From IMG/VR virus record IMGVR_UViG_2841800567_000010: DNA of 64,000 nucleotides; one strand, written 5' to 3'. The notes under the pieces are model-generated. The model did not search any database. It had not been told where the DNA came from and worked only from the letters and a program-made list of their open reading frames with translations. Below are positions 61,386-64,000 of this stretch, one piece after another. Made by a program: the position numbers and the translations under genes. Every line of letters begins with the position of its first letter. Within the stretch, counting starts at the first letter, position 1. This DNA is from an uncultured virus (IMG/VR IMGVR_UViG_2841800567_000010). Lineage: Duplodnaviria > Heunggongvirae > Uroviricota > Caudoviricetes.

Positions 61386-62585
61386 TCAGGCCGGGATATA
61401 CCTCATCAGACTGATATCCCGTGCGTGGATTTTCAGCCCCTGCACATTCAGACCCGCTACCGCACGACGGTAAACCATTCGCCCGCCGCACAGCACGCAT
61501 TCGAACGGGTCTCGCCGCAGGAACTGCTTACTCAGCTGCGCGTAACATATCTTCACCGCCGGATCCGGTTTATCCATACCCAGCGCGCTGTATACCTGCG
61601 GCAGTCTTTCACCGCACACCCGTTTGGACAGAAAACCAAAATAGCGCACCATCCTGAAGTGTTTCTCCGGGATATGCTGCTTCAGACGTCTTACCATTTC
61701 ATGCTGCGTCAGCCTTTCCGTGGCCTGCTGACCCGTATTGTGGTCGTGATAGCGGAAGCTCAGCGTGGCGCCGCCGGCGTAGTGCGCCAGCCGGGAACCG
61801 GCTATCGGGGGCTTTTTCAGATACCGGCCCAGGTATCTTACGGTGTTTTTACTTCCCGCCGTCTTTTTCGACATGTATACGTACCAGCATTGTCCGCCTG
61901 CAGTCAGTATCAGCGTCCGCCACTGTGAGTCTGTGGTGATATGCATCAGCTCCACAGGAAGCGCAATGCCTTCTGACCAGGCATCCAGCAGGCGCTGCCG
62001 GACATTCCACATCCATCGGGTGCGCATGGCGTCCTTACGGAAGCTGATTTTTCGCCACTTTCCGTGCTCATCAATACCGCCGCAGGTGACGGAGACGTGG
62101 ACATGGGGATGCCAGTTAAGGCGGCGGCCGTACGTATGAATGGGGCAGAATATACCGATATCCAGCCCGCGTTTTCCTGCCGCATACAGCAGGTTGTCGA
62201 CGGCCAGGCGGCAGAGGTCGTTGAGCAGCCAGCGGTTGGCTTCAAACAGGGCCCACAGCGTGTCGGGCAGGGTGAAGACCGGGTGTATCCAGTTGCATTC
62301 CGGCAGGCGGTTAAGCTGCGCGGCAATCCACAGGTCTGTGGCCTTTTTACCGCAGGACGGACAGGCACGGCTGTGACAGGCGTTGGTAATGTACCTGACG
62401 TGAGGACACTGCGCGTTGTCGCAGGCATACTCTTTCACGCCGCTGATGCGGGTGCCGCAGGCCAGCATTTTTGTGACGGCTTCAACTTCGATATCACGCA
62501 GGCCGCCGGCATCCAGAAAGGAAGCCGAGCACTGGTTGGTGGTGAAGAGCTTTTTGAGCGGACGGGGGCTGAAATCAGAAACCAC
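61386..62585 (-). CDS. IS91-family transposase
   Basis: CHSRACPSCG, HPHVH, YLGRYLKKP. Confidence 0.9.
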   Translation of the reverse strand: MVSDFSPRPLKKLFTTNQCSASFLDAGGLRDIEVEAVTKMLACGTRISGVKEYACDNAQCPHVRYITNACHSRACPSCGKKATDLWIAAQLNRLPECNWIHPVFTLPDTLWALFEANRWLLNDLCRLAVDNLLYAAGKRGLDIGIFCPIHTYGRRLNWHPHVHVSVTCGGIDEHGKWRKISFRKDAMRTRWMWNVRQRLLDAWSEGIALPVELMHITTDSQWRTLILTAGGQCWYVYMSKKTAGSKNTVRYLGRYLKKPPIAGSRLAHYAGGATLSFRYHDHNTGQQATERLTQHEMVRRLKQHIPEKHFRMVRYFGFLSKRVCGERLPQVYSALGMDKPDPAVKICYAQLSKQFLRRDPFECVLCGGRMVYRRAVAGLNVQGLKIHARDISLMRYIPA

Positions 62586-62593
62586 GGGACAGA

Positions 62594-62782
62594 TTAATTT
62601 CCGGCTTCCTGTAGTCGGGTGAGTGCTGCTGCATCGTGATGATGCTCAAGTATGGCGCTGGCGACCATTGCCGGAAGTGGAGCCATGGGCTTCATCAGCT
62701 TAATCCAGTCCCATTCACGCTGGGAAAGCTTATCAGCGGCAACGGAGAGCAGGACGGTGTCGATACTTTTACGTGTCATCAT
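62594..62782 (-). CDS. Small accessory ORF inside element G
   Basis: 62 aa between ter and the transposase, same strand. Confidence 0.55.
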   Translation of the reverse strand: MMTRKSIDTVLLSVAADKLSQREWDWIKLMKPMAPLPAMVASAILEHHHDAAALTRLQEAGN

Positions 62783-63037
62783 GGTGGTGGTCTCTGAGCA
62801 AAATATGTAGCCAGATCATACATATTCGAACCAGTGAATGGCAACGCCGGGTCAGGCTGACGGCACGGTTTTCAATTTGCGGCCGTCAGGCTGCCCTGTT
62901 CTCTTCAGTACCGTCTGGCGCCTTCATGCGCTTACGCGCATAAAATACTCTTAGGCCTGTTTGTGATTTATTCTGCGGAAACGAATATGTCATTGCTGAT
63001 ATGATCGTGACTCAATTAAGGAAGAAAGGAATGTCAC

Positions 63038-63697
63038 ATGGATACGGATGAAGGTGTGAAAATTGTCATGTCCCCGGTACAACTGGCGGCGCTTTTATCT
63101 GACAAAAGCGTCAGCGAGGGAGAAACCATGAGCAACCGCCTCTATGGTGGTCTGGGACTTGCCAGCGGCATTGTTGAAATGTTTGGGGCCGGTGCGATGT
63201 GTATCGTACCGGAACCTACGATGCTGACCAAAGCAGGATGCGTCATCGTGGGCACTCACGGTCTCGATACCATCCAGTCCTCACTCCGTCAGGTCTGGTC
63301 CGGGCGTGATATCCGCAGTGATACGTATAACGTGGCGGTTTCACTGGCCAGCTCTCTGGGGGCTGACAGAAAAACGGCAATGAAGGTGGGATTTACGGTC
63401 GATCTGGCCATCCCTGTTGCATTCTCACTCGCAATTGGTGCCGTGCGGGTCATTTCGATCAGAAGTGGCCGGATAAAATTGGCGTCTTATGAGGCTCCTT
63501 CCGGAAGCCGTTCTGGTGGACACACCATCGAAAAGCACGCAGGCAAATCAGCAGATGAATTATTTACACGGCTCGGGTCGTCCCCGAGGCTCATGCAGTC
63601 GAGCAGTTTCATCTCTGTGCAGGATGCAGAAATCCTTATTTCAAAAGTACTCAGGAACAATAAAAATCAGATTGCCATTCTGGCTAAAAATGTCCCA
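63038..63697 (+). pseudogene. Putative polymorphic toxin with bacterial RNase A-like (CdiA-CT type) domain, truncated by IS91
   Basis: Hydrophobic Gly-rich N-region, then GGHTIEKHAGKS..L..SSSF; cut at GAAC. Confidence 0.6.
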
Positions 63698-64000
63698 GAA
63701 CGTAGCACGCCTGCGGCGTGAGCGGCGCTGCTGCGCAGCTTCGGGTGTTTGCATGACCGGCGCTCCGCTTTATACTCTGCAACCATGCATATCCCCCGCC
63801 CCGCCAAACTCCTCTTCACCGTCGATGACGGCTGGAACCGCTACCTCGAAAAACACGGCGACAGCATCAGCCAGTGGACCCGTCTCTCCGTTGAGCGCAT
63901 GCTCGCCTGTGGCACCTGCGCCATGGGCGTCCGCCGCTAATGCTGCGCCTCGCCGGACTGCACACACTCCCGTTTCTTCTGCCAGAGCTGCAAGTCAAAG
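63698..64000 (+). mobile_element. IS91-family element H (runs off the window), nonsense allele
   Basis: ter end, then transposase start with TAA at 63938-63940. Confidence 0.9.

Larger units (their letters stand above)
61216..62901 (-). mobile_element. IS91-family element G (distinct IS91/IS1294-like lineage)
   Basis: CTTG|ACGTATAGGAAATTG ori end; ter GAACAGGGCAGCCTGACGGC. Confidence 0.85.

Overview
Decaying enterobacterial mobilome region in three parts. (1) 1-~690: remnants of fadI and fadJ fused by a deletion. (2) ~688-37541: a near-complete BcepMu/B3-type transposable (Mu-like) prophage. It has inverted early genes (mor, gemA, MuB, MuA, ner, repressor), a Dam-type methylase, lysis genes, a Mu-type head, a P2-type contractile tail and a Gin/Pin-type invertible tail-fibre cassette. 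It is crippled by two IS481 insertions and by an IS91 junction that removes the invertase 3' end and the right phage end. (3) 37542-64000: plasmid-derived DNA shredded by at least eight IS91-family elements plus smaller fragments. It carries parDE, a broken IncFII replicon, Tn3/IS6/IS3/group II intron relics, an intact hrp-box-driven HopAF1-family type III effector, two Rpn nucleases, DUF2913, two serine resolvases, a type Ib partition locus and a truncated RNase A-like toxin. A HrpL-type plant pathogen with heavy genome decay is inferred (Erwinia tracheiphila-like; not provable here). Highlights: a five-copy late-promoter motif with fixed spacing, a disrupted DUF2441 (ART-like) prophage moron, a structured dam leader, a +1/-2 tail-chaperone frameshift, IS91 ori/ter geometry able to mobilise cargo, and four nested mobile-element ends just upstream of the intact effector promoter. 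All family assignments are from recognition of motifs; no searches were run.
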